From sequence record PV340851.1: 64,000 nt of DNA, one strand, 5' to 3'. A program made the translations under genes and the position numbers. Position 1 is the first letter of the stretch; each line of letters begins with the position of its first letter. The notes under the pieces were generated by a model. The model was not told the DNA's origin. It saw only the letters and a list, made by a program, of their open reading frames with translations, and did not search any database. Shown here in pieces: positions 1 through 9,898 of this stretch.

Positions 1-2
1 TA

Positions 3-197
3 CCAGTATTCGAGGAACAAGATGATGCTGAAAGATACTACTACATGTTAGAAGATCAATCAGAATCAGACGTTCCTCTCAACATTGTAGAGATAGACAG
101 AGATGTATTTCTTGACGCATGCAATGACAGAGAGCAAAAGTATGCTATAATTACCCCAGACGACCTGCTCATACCCCCAGATAATGTAGTTCTATGA
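3..197 (+). CDS. 5'-truncated hypothetical protein preceding gp46
   Basis: Open frame PVFEEQDDAERYYYML...PPDNVVL* read manually; its TGA overlaps the gp46 ATG (ATGA). Confidence 0.6.
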   Translation, partial: PVFEEQDDAERYYYMLEDQSESDVPLNIVEIDRDVFLDACNDREQKYAIITPDDLLIPPDNVVL

Positions 198-1924
198 TCA
201 TCTTTAAAAAGATTCGTTGGAAGAACTTCCTCTCCACGGGGAACACTTTCACCGAAGTGGACATCACCACAAACAAGACTAACTTGATTGTAGGTGAGAA
301 CGGAGCAGGTAAGTCTACCATCCTGGATGCCCTAACATTTTCTTTGTTTGGGAAACCATTCCGTAAGATCAACAAACCGATGCTGGTGAACAGTATCAAC
401 GAAAAAGACTGCATGACTGAAATAGAATTCAGCATCGGTAAGAATGAATTCAAAGTCATTCGTGGTATCAAACCTAATAAGTTTGAGATCTATTGTAACG
501 ATCAACTCTGGAATCAAGAGAGTACGGTAGTAGATCAACAGAAAAACCTTGAGCAAAACGTGCTCAAGATGAACTATAAATCATTTACACAAATTGTAGT
601 GCTGGGTTCATCGACGTTCGTTCCGTTCATGCGTCTACCTGTTGCACAACGCCGTGAGATCATTGAGGATATTCTGGACATTCAGATCTTCTCTACGATG
701 AACGTCCTGTTAAAGGACAAGATTCGTGAGAACAATGAAGAACTCAAAGAGTTTGATTATCAATTGGATCTAATCAAAGAGAAGATCGAACTCCAGAAAA
801 ATTATCTGCTTGATCTTGATAAAAAGAACAAGGCAGACATTGTTAAGAAAGAAGAAAAGATTGCTTCTCTCTTGGAAGATGAGAACAAACATCATCTTTC
901 AATTGAAAAGACGAATCTTGAAATAGAAAGTCTTAACACACAAATAGAAGAATACTCAACTTCTTCACATAAACTTAAGAAACTTAATACATTTCTTATT
1001 AAACTAAGTTCTAAATTACAGACATGTCAAAAAGAACATGACTTCTTTGAAAAAAATCATGTGTGTCCTACATGCACACAAGATCTTTCTGAAGAATTTA
1101 GAACTGACAAACTCTCATCTGGTAAGAGTAAACTAGATGAGATGACAATAGGATACAATGATCTCCTGTCTCATATCGGTGAGGAAGAGAAACGTTTTAA
1201 TTTCTGGAACGATCTATCTACTAAGGTTACTGAATTAAACAACAGCAACTCTCAGGCAAACTTTGCAATCACACAGATTCGTAAAGCAATTCTTGACATC
1301 GAGAAGGAGATCAAAGACCTAGAGTCTGGTGGCGGGGACAAGAAAGAAGCATATACTAAACTGGAAACTCAAGTCGGTGATAAAAAAGAAATCGTCTCGC
1401 GTTTGACAGAATCCAAAAAAGATAAGGACACACTTAGTGTTGCTTCTCAACTTCTTAAAGACAATGGCATCAAGAGCAGAATCATTAAGAAGTATCTGCC
1501 CATTATGAATAAACTGATCAATCAGTATCTTCAGGGCATGGACTTCTATGTGAACTTCACTCTCGATGAGAATTTTGAAGAAACTATCAAGTCCCGATTT
1601 AGAGATCAGTTCTCCTATGCATCCTTCAGTGAAGGTGAGAAGGCACGAATTGATATCGCACTTCTTCTTACTTGGAGATCAGTTGCAAAACTGAAGAACA
1701 GTGTTGATACTAACCTATTGATTCTAGATGAGATCTTCGATGGGTCTCTAGACCAAACAGGATCATCTGACCTGGGATGGATCTTGAGAAACTTCGACGA
1801 GTCAAACAGAGTCTTCGTCATTTCCCACAAGGAGAGTATGAACGACAAGTACGAACGAACGCTTAACGTAGAGAAGGTCAAGAACTTCTCTGTGATCCGA
1901 GAGACAGTTTCGGAACTGGACTAG
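194..1924 (+). CDS. gp46: Recombination endonuclease ATPase subunit (SbcC/Rad50-like)
   Basis: Walker A GENGAGKS, zinc hook CPTC within coiled coil, signature FSEGE, Walker B LILDE, VISH. Confidence 0.97.
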   Translation: MIIFKKIRWKNFLSTGNTFTEVDITTNKTNLIVGENGAGKSTILDALTFSLFGKPFRKINKPMLVNSINEKDCMTEIEFSIGKNEFKVIRGIKPNKFEIYCNDQLWNQESTVVDQQKNLEQNVLKMNYKSFTQIVVLGSSTFVPFMRLPVAQRREIIEDILDIQIFSTMNVLLKDKIRENNEELKEFDYQLDLIKEKIELQKNYLLDLDKKNKADIVKKEEKIASLLEDENKHHLSIEKTNLEIESLNTQIEEYSTSSHKLKKLNTFLIKLSSKLQTCQKEHDFFEKNHVCPTCTQDLSEEFRTDKLSSGKSKLDEMTIGYNDLLSHIGEEEKRFNFWNDLSTKVTELNNSNSQANFAITQIRKAILDIEKEIKDLESGGGDKKEAYTKLETQVGDKKEIVSRLTESKKDKDTLSVASQLLKDNGIKSRIIKKYLPIMNKLINQYLQGMDFYVNFTLDENFEETIKSRFRDQFSYASFSEGEKARIDIALLLTWRSVAKLKNSVDTNLLILDEIFDGSLDQTGSSDLGWILRNFDESNRVFVISHKESMNDKYERTLNVEKVKNFSVIRETVSELD

Positions 1925-1958
1925 GGGACCTACGGGTCCCTTTTTTTGTGTATATAAT
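1905..1958 (+). promoter_or_regulatory. Cyanophage early-type promoter (two palindromes, T-tract, -10 box); the hairpin may also act as gp46 terminator
   Basis: CAGTT-TCGG-AACTG (1905-1918), GGGACC-TACG-GGTCCC (1925-1940), T7, TATAAT (1953-1958); same layout at 4572-4626. Confidence 0.75.
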
Positions 1959-1981
1959 AAGGGCATCAACGAACGAACGCC

Positions 1982-4057
1982 ATGTTTACACAGGAGATCA
2001 AAGGCAACCTTGCCAAGCTGCTTGCTACTGAGAACCTGTTGGTTGAGCATCGCAACTGCTCTACTGCATCGTTCGACGTTGATCGTCGTGTCTTGACCCT
2101 GCCCAAATGGGATAAAGCATCCTCTACTGTATATGACCTGCTTGTGGGACATGAGGTAGGACACGCTCTATACACACCAAAGTGGGACAACTTCGATTGT
2201 CCCCGTGACTATGTTAATGTGACCGAGGACGCTCGCATCGAAAAACTGATGAAGCGTCGTTACCCTGGTCTTCGCAAGTCATTCTTTGGTGGTTACTCAG
2301 AACTGCATGAACAAGACTTCTTCGGTATTGAAAATGAAGATCTTGATACATTCAAACTGATTGACCGTATCAACTTGTACTTTAAGATTGGTGTCACTGA
2401 CACCATCATTCCTTTCTCACCTGAGGAAAAACTGCTGGTCCAAGAGACCGAAGATGCAGAAACATTTGACGAAGCTGTTGCTGTCGCCGAAAAGATCTGG
2501 GAGTTTGCGAAAGCAGAACAAAAGAAACTTGAAGAACTGGCAAACGTTCCTCAGTCTGGCGGCGATGGTGGTTCTTCTCCATCTCAAACTAGCGATGAAG
2601 AAGAAAGCGAGCAGCAAGAAGGTGAGTCCATGACGTATGAAAAAAGTGATGACGGAGAGATTGACGATGAAGAAACCCCAGTCTCAGGCGGTGCTGGAGA
2701 CATCAACACATCTGACACACAACAAAGTTTTGACAACTCTACCAAAGATCTCAACCGTCCAGACGGCAGTGGACGTACAACTTATGTCAACATTCCTGTC
2801 CCTGATCCTGCCGACTTTATTGTTGACTGGACTGTCATTCATGATTGGATTAATTCTAACGTTGCTGATCATGCAGATTTTGAATGGGTAGACTCCCAGT
2901 ACGCCGAATTCAAGAAGACTATTGTCAAGGAAGTCAACTACCTTGTCAAAGAATTTGAATGCAAGAAAGCAGCAGATGCATACTCTCGCTCTATGACTTC
3001 TCGCACTGGTATGCTTGCAACTGATTGTCTTCACAAGTACAAGTTTAGTGATGATCTGTTCAAGAAAGTTACCATCCTACCTGAAGGTAAGAACCATGGT
3101 ATGCTGTTCCTGGTGGACTGGTCTGGTTCTATGTCATACGAACTGCTTCCTACTATGAAGCAACTAATCATTCTTACTAACTTCTGTAAGAAAGTCGGCA
3201 TTCCTTTTGAAGTCTATGCATTCACTAACGAGTGGATCATTGCTGAACGTGCAATTGCTAACGACAACACTGTCCAACCGCGTGAGGTAGCAACTGAAGG
3301 AGAGATGATGGTGAGCAAGCAATACTTCCGTCTGATGAACATTCTTTCGTCTCGTTCATCTGGCAAGAAGTATGAGATGCAGTGCAAGAACATGTTCCGT
3401 GAGGTGTTTGGTATGCTGTACTATGTCAGTTATACCACCACCCCTGGTATGTCATTGTCTGGCACACCATTAAATGAGGCAATTGTTGCAATGTCATCTG
3501 TCATTCCTCAATTCCAAAAGACTTCTGGTTGTCAGAAAGTTAACCTTTGCATCTTGACTGATGGTGATGCATGTATGTCTTCGTTCGGTCACAAGATCGA
3601 ACAGTATGATGTAGAACGCATTGTCAGTCGTCGCATGGATAACTGGGGCATAGTTCTTCGTGATCCTAAGACTGGTATGATGTACAAGGATGGTCAGGAT
3701 ATCACTAACATCTTGATCAGCAATCTCAAGGCACGTAATCCTGGTTGTAATGTGATCGGATTCCGTCTCCTCGCTTCCTCTGGACTGTCTACTTTCTACA
3801 ATCGCTATTGTGAAGGTGGAGAATTTGAGCAAGTCCAGAAGCAATGGAAGAAGGAGAAGTCTGCTATCTTGCCTAAACCATCTACATTCGATGCACTCTA
3901 TGTTATCTCTGCTAAGACAATCAATGTCGAAGAAGCAGAGATGGATGTAGATGCAGGAGCAACTAAAACTCAGGTACGTTCTGCTTTCAAGAAGATGTTG
4001 AACAAGAAGAAGTCAAACAAGAAAATCTTGAACTCCTTCATTGCCCACGTTTCTTGA
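1982..4057 (+). CDS. Metallopeptidase-motif plus VWA domain protein (CobT-like partner of CobS/MoxR)
   Basis: HEVGH (HExxH) near N-terminus, acidic linker, MIDAS-type DWSGSM, GTPL, ILTDGD; next to cobS. Confidence 0.85.
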   Translation: MFTQEIKGNLAKLLATENLLVEHRNCSTASFDVDRRVLTLPKWDKASSTVYDLLVGHEVGHALYTPKWDNFDCPRDYVNVTEDARIEKLMKRRYPGLRKSFFGGYSELHEQDFFGIENEDLDTFKLIDRINLYFKIGVTDTIIPFSPEEKLLVQETEDAETFDEAVAVAEKIWEFAKAEQKKLEELANVPQSGGDGGSSPSQTSDEEESEQQEGESMTYEKSDDGEIDDEETPVSGGAGDINTSDTQQSFDNSTKDLNRPDGSGRTTYVNIPVPDPADFIVDWTVIHDWINSNVADHADFEWVDSQYAEFKKTIVKEVNYLVKEFECKKAADAYSRSMTSRTGMLATDCLHKYKFSDDLFKKVTILPEGKNHGMLFLVDWSGSMSYELLPTMKQLIILTNFCKKVGIPFEVYAFTNEWIIAERAIANDNTVQPREVATEGEMMVSKQYFRLMNILSSRSSGKKYEMQCKNMFREVFGMLYYVSYTTTPGMSLSGTPLNEAIVAMSSVIPQFQKTSGCQKVNLCILTDGDACMSSFGHKIEQYDVERIVSRRMDNWGIVLRDPKTGMMYKDGQDITNILISNLKARNPGCNVIGFRLLASSGLSTFYNRYCEGGEFEQVQKQWKKEKSAILPKPSTFDALYVISAKTINVEEAEMDVDAGATKTQVRSAFKKMLNKKKSNKKILNSFIAHVS

Positions 4058-4082
4058 CAAACGGAACTATATACTCTATAAT
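4054..4082 (+). promoter_or_regulatory. Sigma70-type promoter
   Basis: Perfect TTGACA-N17-TATAAT upstream of the 4119 ORF. Confidence 0.85.
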
Positions 4083-4118
4083 TAACACATCCACATTAAT
4101 CGCATTTTAGTAAAAATC

Positions 4119-4580
4119 ATGGATCGAGTCAGCAACAAACTGCGAGAAACAAACAAAGACTTTTCAAATGTAAATCGAGATAAAACATACAGCTCGATTT
4201 TGATGCTTGCTATGACCTCTCAGGCGAAGCGTAACCCTAAGTCGAAGAAACTTATGGGCATCAAGAAGGTCATCCGTTCCAAGTATCCTCAAATGACCAC
4301 TCGCGAAGTGGAAAGAGTTCAGGATAATATTTCCGACTGGTTGTCCACCCACAAACATGAACCCATGTTTGATACTTTCCGAGAAAAGTTGCCTAACATC
4401 TTCCATGGCACCCCCGATCCTGTGGACATGGGTATGGACCTGCCTTTCGATGTTGCACCTGCTAACCCCATCATCGAAGAACCTGCATACGAAGAAGATC
4501 AGACCATCGTCTTCGTTCGCCAGTTGCGAGACATGGGTGTGAAGTCGTTCAAAGACGATCACGTCGAAGTCCAGTTCTAA
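4119..4580 (+). CDS. Hypothetical protein (153 aa)
   Basis: ORF fills the gap between two promoters; no recognised motif. Confidence 0.75.
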   Translation: MDRVSNKLRETNKDFSNVNRDKTYSSILMLAMTSQAKRNPKSKKLMGIKKVIRSKYPQMTTREVERVQDNISDWLSTHKHEPMFDTFREKLPNIFHGTPDPVDMGMDLPFDVAPANPIIEEPAYEEDQTIVFVRQLRDMGVKSFKDDHVEVQF

Positions 4581-4626
4581 AACTGTCCCACTCACCTCCC
4601 CCACGGGAGGTTTTTTTGTATATAAT
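4572..4626 (+). promoter_or_regulatory. Cyanophage early-type promoter upstream of cobS
   Basis: CAGTT-CTAA-AACTG, ACCTCCC-CCAC-GGGAGGT, T-tract, TATAAT (4621-4626), then AAGTGCATCAACGAA matching the sequence after 1958. Confidence 0.75.
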
Positions 4627-4650
4627 AAGTGCATCAACGAAACACAGACC

Positions 4651-5724
4651 ATGAAGTCCGAACTGACTACTGACCAAATCGCTTCCTATCTCCAAGAGAC
4701 CTACGGCAACGACATTACTGCTGGTCAAATTCGTTCTGCTGCTCAACACTTCGGCGTTTCATATCCTACTGCTGTCAAACGTATGGAGCAGTATAAGTCT
4801 GGTTATGGTAAGTGGAGTCTGACTGTTCAGGAACGTCTTGAGCAAACCTATCAGGCACCTTCTGCTTCTCCTGCAATCAGTCTTGTTCCTGAAAAAAATA
4901 ATACCTTTGTCCCGTTTGGTAACTTCACTGATGTGAAGAAGATTATCAACTCTGGAATCTTCTACCCTGTGTTCATCACTGGTATGTCAGGCAATGGTAA
5001 GACTCTTTCTGTAGAGCAGGCATGTGCTGCCCTAAATAGAGAACTGATTCGTGTCAATATCACCATTGAAACTGACGAGGACGATCTTATTGGTGGGTTC
5101 CGTCTGGTTAACGGTGAAACTGTTTGGCATAATGGTCCAGTCATCGAAGCTCTGGAACGTGGAGCTGTACTTCTTCTAGACGAAGTTGATCTTGCATCTA
5201 ATAAGATCCTTTGTTTGCAATCTGTCCTTGAAGGTAAGGGTCTGTTCCTGAAGAAGACTGGACGTTACGTACAACCTAAGGAGGGGTTTAATGTTATTGC
5301 AACTGCAAATACTAAAGGCAAAGGCAGTGATGACGGTCGCTTTATTGGAACCAATGTTCTCAATGAGGCATTCCTTGAACGCTTTGCCCTGACTTTCGAG
5401 CAAGAGTACCCCACAGTAAAAGTAGAAACCAAGATCCTTGAGCGTCTTTGTGAGAATGTTGGGGTGACAGATCTTGAATTCTGTGGTAAACTTGCAGACT
5501 GGGCAGATGTTATTCGTAAGACTTTCAATGACGGTGGCATCGATGAGGTTATTTCTACCCGTCGCTTGTCTCACATCATCAGTGCATATGCAATCTGGGG
5601 TGATCGTCTGAAAGCAATTAAGGTCTGCACCAATCGCTTCGATGAAGAGACTAAGACTCTGTTCACCGATCTCTATGGAAAACTTGATGCCGATGTCAAC
5701 ACCGAGGAGAGCGAAGATGCTTGA
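4651..5724 (+). CDS. cobS: CobS-like MoxR-family AAA+ ATPase
   Basis: Walker A GMSGNGKT, Walker B LLLDEVD, TANTKG, NEAFLERF, ISTRRL. Confidence 0.92.
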   Translation: MKSELTTDQIASYLQETYGNDITAGQIRSAAQHFGVSYPTAVKRMEQYKSGYGKWSLTVQERLEQTYQAPSASPAISLVPEKNNTFVPFGNFTDVKKIINSGIFYPVFITGMSGNGKTLSVEQACAALNRELIRVNITIETDEDDLIGGFRLVNGETVWHNGPVIEALERGAVLLLDEVDLASNKILCLQSVLEGKGLFLKKTGRYVQPKEGFNVIATANTKGKGSDDGRFIGTNVLNEAFLERFALTFEQEYPTVKVETKILERLCENVGVTDLEFCGKLADWADVIRKTFNDGGIDEVISTRRLSHIISAYAIWGDRLKAIKVCTNRFDEETKTLFTDLYGKLDADVNTEESEDA

Positions 5725-5887
5725 GAAGAAAGAATTCCATGGATACATTGGTCAGGTTGCCATCCTTAAAGATGAGCGATCTGCCAAGATCCTTGGAGGT
5801 AAAGGTTTAAAACTTAAAATGCAATCGGTTGACGGTAACATTTTTGAGTGCTATCATGACAAGATAAAGTACATTTGGGATTCATGA
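5717..5887 (+). CDS. Small hypothetical protein (56 aa)
   Basis: ATG overlaps cobS end; fills the gap in the operon. Confidence 0.6.
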   Translation: MLEKKEFHGYIGQVAILKDERSAKILGGKGLKLKMQSVDGNIFECYHDKIKYIWDS

Positions 5888-5891
5888 CTTT

Positions 5892-6176
5892 ATGAACAAA
5901 TATAATGAAGAAGCTCTATTGAAAGAGCTGCGTGACTACATCACTGGAACATATGGACAACATTACTCTGCTGGTAACGACAGCATTCAAACGTTAGACC
6001 TGATTGAAGCATGTGGTGATGCAGAGGCATTCTGTCGCTCCAACATCCTCAAGTATGCTTCTCGCTACGATAAGAAAGGAACTGCACGACGTGACATCAT
6101 CAAGATCCTTCACTATGCACTGCTGCTTCTCTACTTCAGCGACAAGACCTCCGTTACCGAACACTATCCTCAATGA
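5892..6176 (+). CDS. DUF3310-like protein (T7 gp1.7-type nucleotide kinase-like family)
   Basis: HY...IQTLD...AF...NILKY..R...K....D..K..HY pattern. Confidence 0.7.
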   Translation: MNKYNEEALLKELRDYITGTYGQHYSAGNDSIQTLDLIEACGDAEAFCRSNILKYASRYDKKGTARRDIIKILHYALLLLYFSDKTSVTEHYPQ

Positions 6177-6838
6177 GCAAAGTTATTCTTTCCAATCAAA
6201 CGCTTCAGGTTCTTAAGAACTATTCAACAATCAACAGTTCTATCCTCTTTCGAGAGGGCAGTGAACTGAAAACAATCAGTGTTGGGGAGAACGCTATTGC
6301 ACAGTATACATGTGAAGAATCGTTCCCTCAAACCTTTGGTATCTATGACCTCAACCAGTTCCTTGCTGGACTTTCTCTTTTCGAGAATCCTACTCTTGAG
6401 TTCGACAACAGTGACTACGTTTATATTCGTGGTCGTGGACGTGCTGCTAAGTATTACTTCTCCGATCCTGAGATCACGCTGAAGTCTGCACCACAGAAGA
6501 ACATCAACTTTCCTGGTGCTGACATTCAGTTCAACATCACATGGGAAGATCTTATGGGTCTGCAGAAAGCAGCATCTGTATACAGTCTGACTGATCTGGT
6601 ATTCAGTTCAGTAGATGGAAAGATCACTCTCAAACTTCTGGATTCTGAAAACGATACCAGCAATGACTACGAGCAAGTAGTACAGGGTGAGACTACAGGT
6701 GACTACAACCTGACACTAAAGGTTGATCACATCCGCTTGCTTCCAGGAGACTATACTGTTAAAGTCTCTAAGCATCTGGTCTCCGAATGGCAGCACCAGA
6801 ACCTTGACCTGACCTATTACATCGCACTCGAACCTTGA
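6173..6838 (+). CDS. gp45: Sliding clamp
   Basis: LKNYSTINSSI, FGIYDLNQFL, YYIALEP; canonical gp45-gp44-gp62-regA order. Confidence 0.95.
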   Translation: MSKVILSNQTLQVLKNYSTINSSILFREGSELKTISVGENAIAQYTCEESFPQTFGIYDLNQFLAGLSLFENPTLEFDNSDYVYIRGRGRAAKYYFSDPEITLKSAPQKNINFPGADIQFNITWEDLMGLQKAASVYSLTDLVFSSVDGKITLKLLDSENDTSNDYEQVVQGETTGDYNLTLKVDHIRLLPGDYTVKVSKHLVSEWQHQNLDLTYYIALEP

Positions 6839-7782
6839 ACGACAAAAAATTCCTTTGGGTTGAGCAGTACCGTCCACACACTGTTGACGACTGCATCCTT
6901 CCTTCTAATCTTAAAGATGTCTTCAAAGGTTTTGTAGAACAAGGTGAGATCCCTAACCTGCTGCTGACTGGCACAGCAGGAGTTGGTAAGACAACCGTTG
7001 CCAAAGCGTTGTGTGAGGATATTGGTGCCTCTTACATCGTCATCAACGGATCCGACGAGGGTCGCTTCCTTGACACTGTTCGCAACCGTGTCCGAACCTT
7101 TGCCACTACCGTCTCATTGACTGCTAGCGCCGCCCACAAGGTCGTTATCATCGATGAGGCAGACAACACCACCCATGACGTTCAACTGTCCCTGAGAACC
7201 GCCGTAGAGGAGTTCCACACAAACTGTAGATTCATCTTTACGTGCAACTTCTCTAACAAGATTATTGATCCACTGCACTCCCGTTGTACTGTTGTTGACT
7301 TCCGAGTCAAGAACGATGTGAAGATGGAACTGCAAGGTAAGTTCTTTCAACGCCTCAAGCAGATCCTAGATGACAACGGAGTCAAGTATGAAGATAAGAT
7401 CATCGCCAAACTTATCCAGAGATATTATCCTGATTGGCGTCGCCTTATCAATGAGTGTCAGCGTCATGCTGCAAGTGGAGATCTTGGCGCTCATGTTCTT
7501 GCTGATGTATCTGATGTTAATCTGGACCAGTTGATTCGCTCCTTGAAGAACAAAGAGTTCACTACTGTTCGTAAGTGGGTTGTGGATAACATTGATAATG
7601 ATCCTAACATTATCATGCGAAAGATCTATGACACGTTGTACGAAAGCATCAAACCTAAGCACATCCCTGAGGCAGTTTTGGTGATTGCCAAGTATCAATA
7701 TCAGATTGCGTTCGTTGCTGACCAAGAGGTAAACCTCCTGGCATGTCTGACCGAGATCATGATGTCATGTGAGTTTAAATAA
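6835..7782 (+). CDS. gp44: Clamp loader large subunit
   Basis: LWVEQYRP, GTAGVGKTT, IIDEAD, SRC motif; TTG start overlapping the gp45 stop. Confidence 0.96.
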   Translation: MNDKKFLWVEQYRPHTVDDCILPSNLKDVFKGFVEQGEIPNLLLTGTAGVGKTTVAKALCEDIGASYIVINGSDEGRFLDTVRNRVRTFATTVSLTASAAHKVVIIDEADNTTHDVQLSLRTAVEEFHTNCRFIFTCNFSNKIIDPLHSRCTVVDFRVKNDVKMELQGKFFQRLKQILDDNGVKYEDKIIAKLIQRYYPDWRRLINECQRHAASGDLGAHVLADVSDVNLDQLIRSLKNKEFTTVRKWVVDNIDNDPNIIMRKIYDTLYESIKPKHIPEAVLVIAKYQYQIAFVADQEVNLLACLTEIMMSCEFK

Positions 7783-7797
7783 TAATTAAAATTTGCC

Positions 7798-8001
7798 ATG
7801 AAAGTATCGCGTTCAGAAATGATTCATCATAAAATACAAGCAGCAATGAGAGAACACTGCTTTATGGATGACGATCTAATGTATCTGGGATTCAATGAAG
7901 ACAAAGGAGAACATGAGTACAAAATCAACGGACAGCACATCGTCGTTGCTTCCCAACTCGAAGGTTTCGACCGAATCGACGAGGGTGAAGACGACACCTA
8001 A
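7798..8001 (+). CDS. Hypothetical protein (67 aa)
   Basis: ORF in operon orientation between gp44 and dam. Confidence 0.65.
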   Translation: MKVSRSEMIHHKIQAAMREHCFMDDDLMYLGFNEDKGEHEYKINGQHIVVASQLEGFDRIDEGEDDT

Positions 8002-8176
8002 GAACGTCCAAGAAGCAAACGAAGCATTGTTTCGTGCTACAATGAACCTTCCTGCTGCTGCACGTCACTGTGGAATGACAGAGCGTGAGATGAAGCACAT
8101 TTTTTATGAATACCTGAAGTACAATGCCCCAGACTTTGAAATCCCTGAAGACACCCCTGCGCTATCCAGGGGGTAA
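7985..8176 (+). CDS. Small hypothetical protein (possible HTH-like)
   Basis: GTG start at 7985 gives KTTPKNVQEANEALFRATMNLPAAARHCGMT... Confidence 0.6.
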   Translation: MKTTPKNVQEANEALFRATMNLPAAARHCGMTEREMKHIFYEYLKYNAPDFEIPEDTPALSRG

Positions 8177-8969
8177 GAGTCGTGCCCTGAGTAAACTATT
8201 TCAGTACATCCCTGATCTCAAGGAATACACTGACTACCACGAACCTTTCCTTGGTGGTGGTTCAGTAGCATTGGAAATTGGTAAACGATATCCACACCTA
8301 AACATCTGGGTCAATGATCTGTATGAGCCACTATATAACTTTTGGCGTGTGCTACAGGATCATGGGCATGATCTTAAGAATATTCTATTGCAACTTAAAC
8401 AGCGACATCCAGATCCAACTTCTGCCAAGGGTCTATTTCTGGATGCTAAGGACTACCTCGCCAAGGATGTTAAAGACACTGAGGACATTCATCGTGCTGT
8501 GTCTTTTTACGTTGTCAATAAGTGCAGTTTCTCAGGTCTCACAGAGTCATCATCATTCTCCAAGCAAGCAAGTGATAGCAACTTCTCTTTGAATGGCATT
8601 CAAAAGTTGACTGACTACCAGGCATTGATTGGTAACTGGAAAATTACTAACCATTCTTATGAACAACTCCTTAGCGATCACAAGCAGACCTTCATCTACC
8701 TTGATCCCCCCTACGAGATCGGAAGTAATCTTTACGGTCGAAGGGGATCTATGCACAAAGGATTTGACCACGATGCCTTTGCTGGTGATTGTGATCGTTT
8801 TGTCAGTCCTCAACTTATATCTTACAATTCGTCGCAACTGATCCGAGATCGATTCCAGGGGTGGACAGCTGCTGAATTTGCACACACTTACACCATGCGC
8901 TCCGTGGGGAGTTATAATACAGATCAAGCGTCTCGCAAGGAACTGGTCCTGACTAACTATGAAGTGTGA
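8124..8969 (+). CDS. dam: DNA adenine methyltransferase (Dam/D12 class)
   Basis: PLRYPGGKS, EPFLGGGSV, catalytic YLDPPY. Confidence 0.93.
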   Translation: MPQTLKSLKTPLRYPGGKSRALSKLFQYIPDLKEYTDYHEPFLGGGSVALEIGKRYPHLNIWVNDLYEPLYNFWRVLQDHGHDLKNILLQLKQRHPDPTSAKGLFLDAKDYLAKDVKDTEDIHRAVSFYVVNKCSFSGLTESSSFSKQASDSNFSLNGIQKLTDYQALIGNWKITNHSYEQLLSDHKQTFIYLDPPYEIGSNLYGRRGSMHKGFDHDAFAGDCDRFVSPQLISYNSSQLIRDRFQGWTAAEFAHTYTMRSVGSYNTDQASRKELVLTNYEV

Positions 8970-9099
8970 AGTAAGACTCTACGTTGCAGGTCGTATGTTC
9001 TCCGAGGAAGTGTACGCTCGCAACTATCAAGAAGCAAGGGAGGTTGCCCTTGCTCGCAACCCTAATGCTACTGTGATGGGCGTAACCGCCAAACTATGA
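8959..9099 (+). CDS. Small hypothetical protein (46 aa), not in ORF track
   Basis: MKCEVRLYVAGRMFSEEVYARNYQEAREVALARNPNATVMGVTAKL; overlaps both neighbours. Confidence 0.7.
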   Translation: MKCEVRLYVAGRMFSEEVYARNYQEAREVALARNPNATVMGVTAKL

Positions 9100-9479
9100 A
9101 ACCAGAACTAAAAGATTACCTATACAGCATCAATCAATCTAAGCAATCAGTCATCGTAGATGCTGAGGCAGAGAAAGCATACCCACCTTTCATTGTCAAT
9201 AAGTGCTTGTCTTCTTTCGTGGATAGCATCTTGTATGCTAATGAAATGAACAAGTGTACTCACTTAGATAAGAAGTTACAATATGACTTCTATATAAATA
9301 GTTTGAAGCCGAGGAAGAGATTCAGTCCTTGGTTGCGTAAAGATACAGTTGAGAATATTGATTTGGTGAAACGTTATTATGGATACAACCATAGTAAAGC
9401 AGTCGCCGCTCTTAGAATTCTTACTACGGCTGATCTTGAGCAGATCAAACGAATATTAGATAAAGGCGGTACACGATGA
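9096..9479 (+). CDS. gp62: Clamp loader small subunit
   Basis: YPPFIVNKCLS, LQYDFYINSLKPRKRFSPW; position before regA. Confidence 0.92.
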   Translation: MKPELKDYLYSINQSKQSVIVDAEAEKAYPPFIVNKCLSSFVDSILYANEMNKCTHLDKKLQYDFYINSLKPRKRFSPWLRKDTVENIDLVKRYYGYNHSKAVAALRILTTADLEQIKRILDKGGTR

Positions 9480-9898
9480 CAACTGAAATTGTAATTGATT
9501 GGAAACCATCTGACATGGTGGAAGTAGTTCTAAATGAACCAGATGATTTTCTAAAAGTGAGGGAGACGCTAACAAGAATTGGTGTAGCATCTCGTAAGGA
9601 CCGTAAGTTGTATCAGTCCTGTCACATCTTGCATAAGCAAGGGAAGTATTATATTGTCCACTTCAAGGAACTGTTTGCCTTGGACGGTAAGAATACTAAT
9701 CTCTCTGCTAATGATGTACAAAGACGTAATCGTATTGCACAACTTCTATCGGACTGGGGTCTGATTAGTGTATGTGATAAGTCATACATTCAAGATGTTG
9801 CTCCTTTGAATCAGATCAAAGTGCTATCGTACAAGGATAAGGGTGAGTGGATCCTAGAGTCGAAATATAACATTGGCAGAAAGAAACCTGAGGCATAA
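9476..9898 (+). CDS. regA: Translational repressor RegA
   Basis: DDFLKVRETLTRIG, LYQSCHILHKQG, YIVHFKELFALDG. Confidence 0.96.
   Translation: MTTEIVIDWKPSDMVEVVLNEPDDFLKVRETLTRIGVASRKDRKLYQSCHILHKQGKYYIVHFKELFALDGKNTNLSANDVQRRNRIAQLLSDWGLISVCDKSYIQDVAPLNQIKVLSYKDKGEWILESKYNIGRKKPEA

Noticed and set aside
4651-5724. cobS as evidence of cobalamin biosynthesis
   Set aside because: No cobN or other cob genes in the window; the motifs only support a MoxR-type ATPase with a VWA partner
8124-8969. Dam as part of a restriction-modification system
   Set aside because: No adjacent restriction endonuclease; orphan methylases are common in T4-like phages
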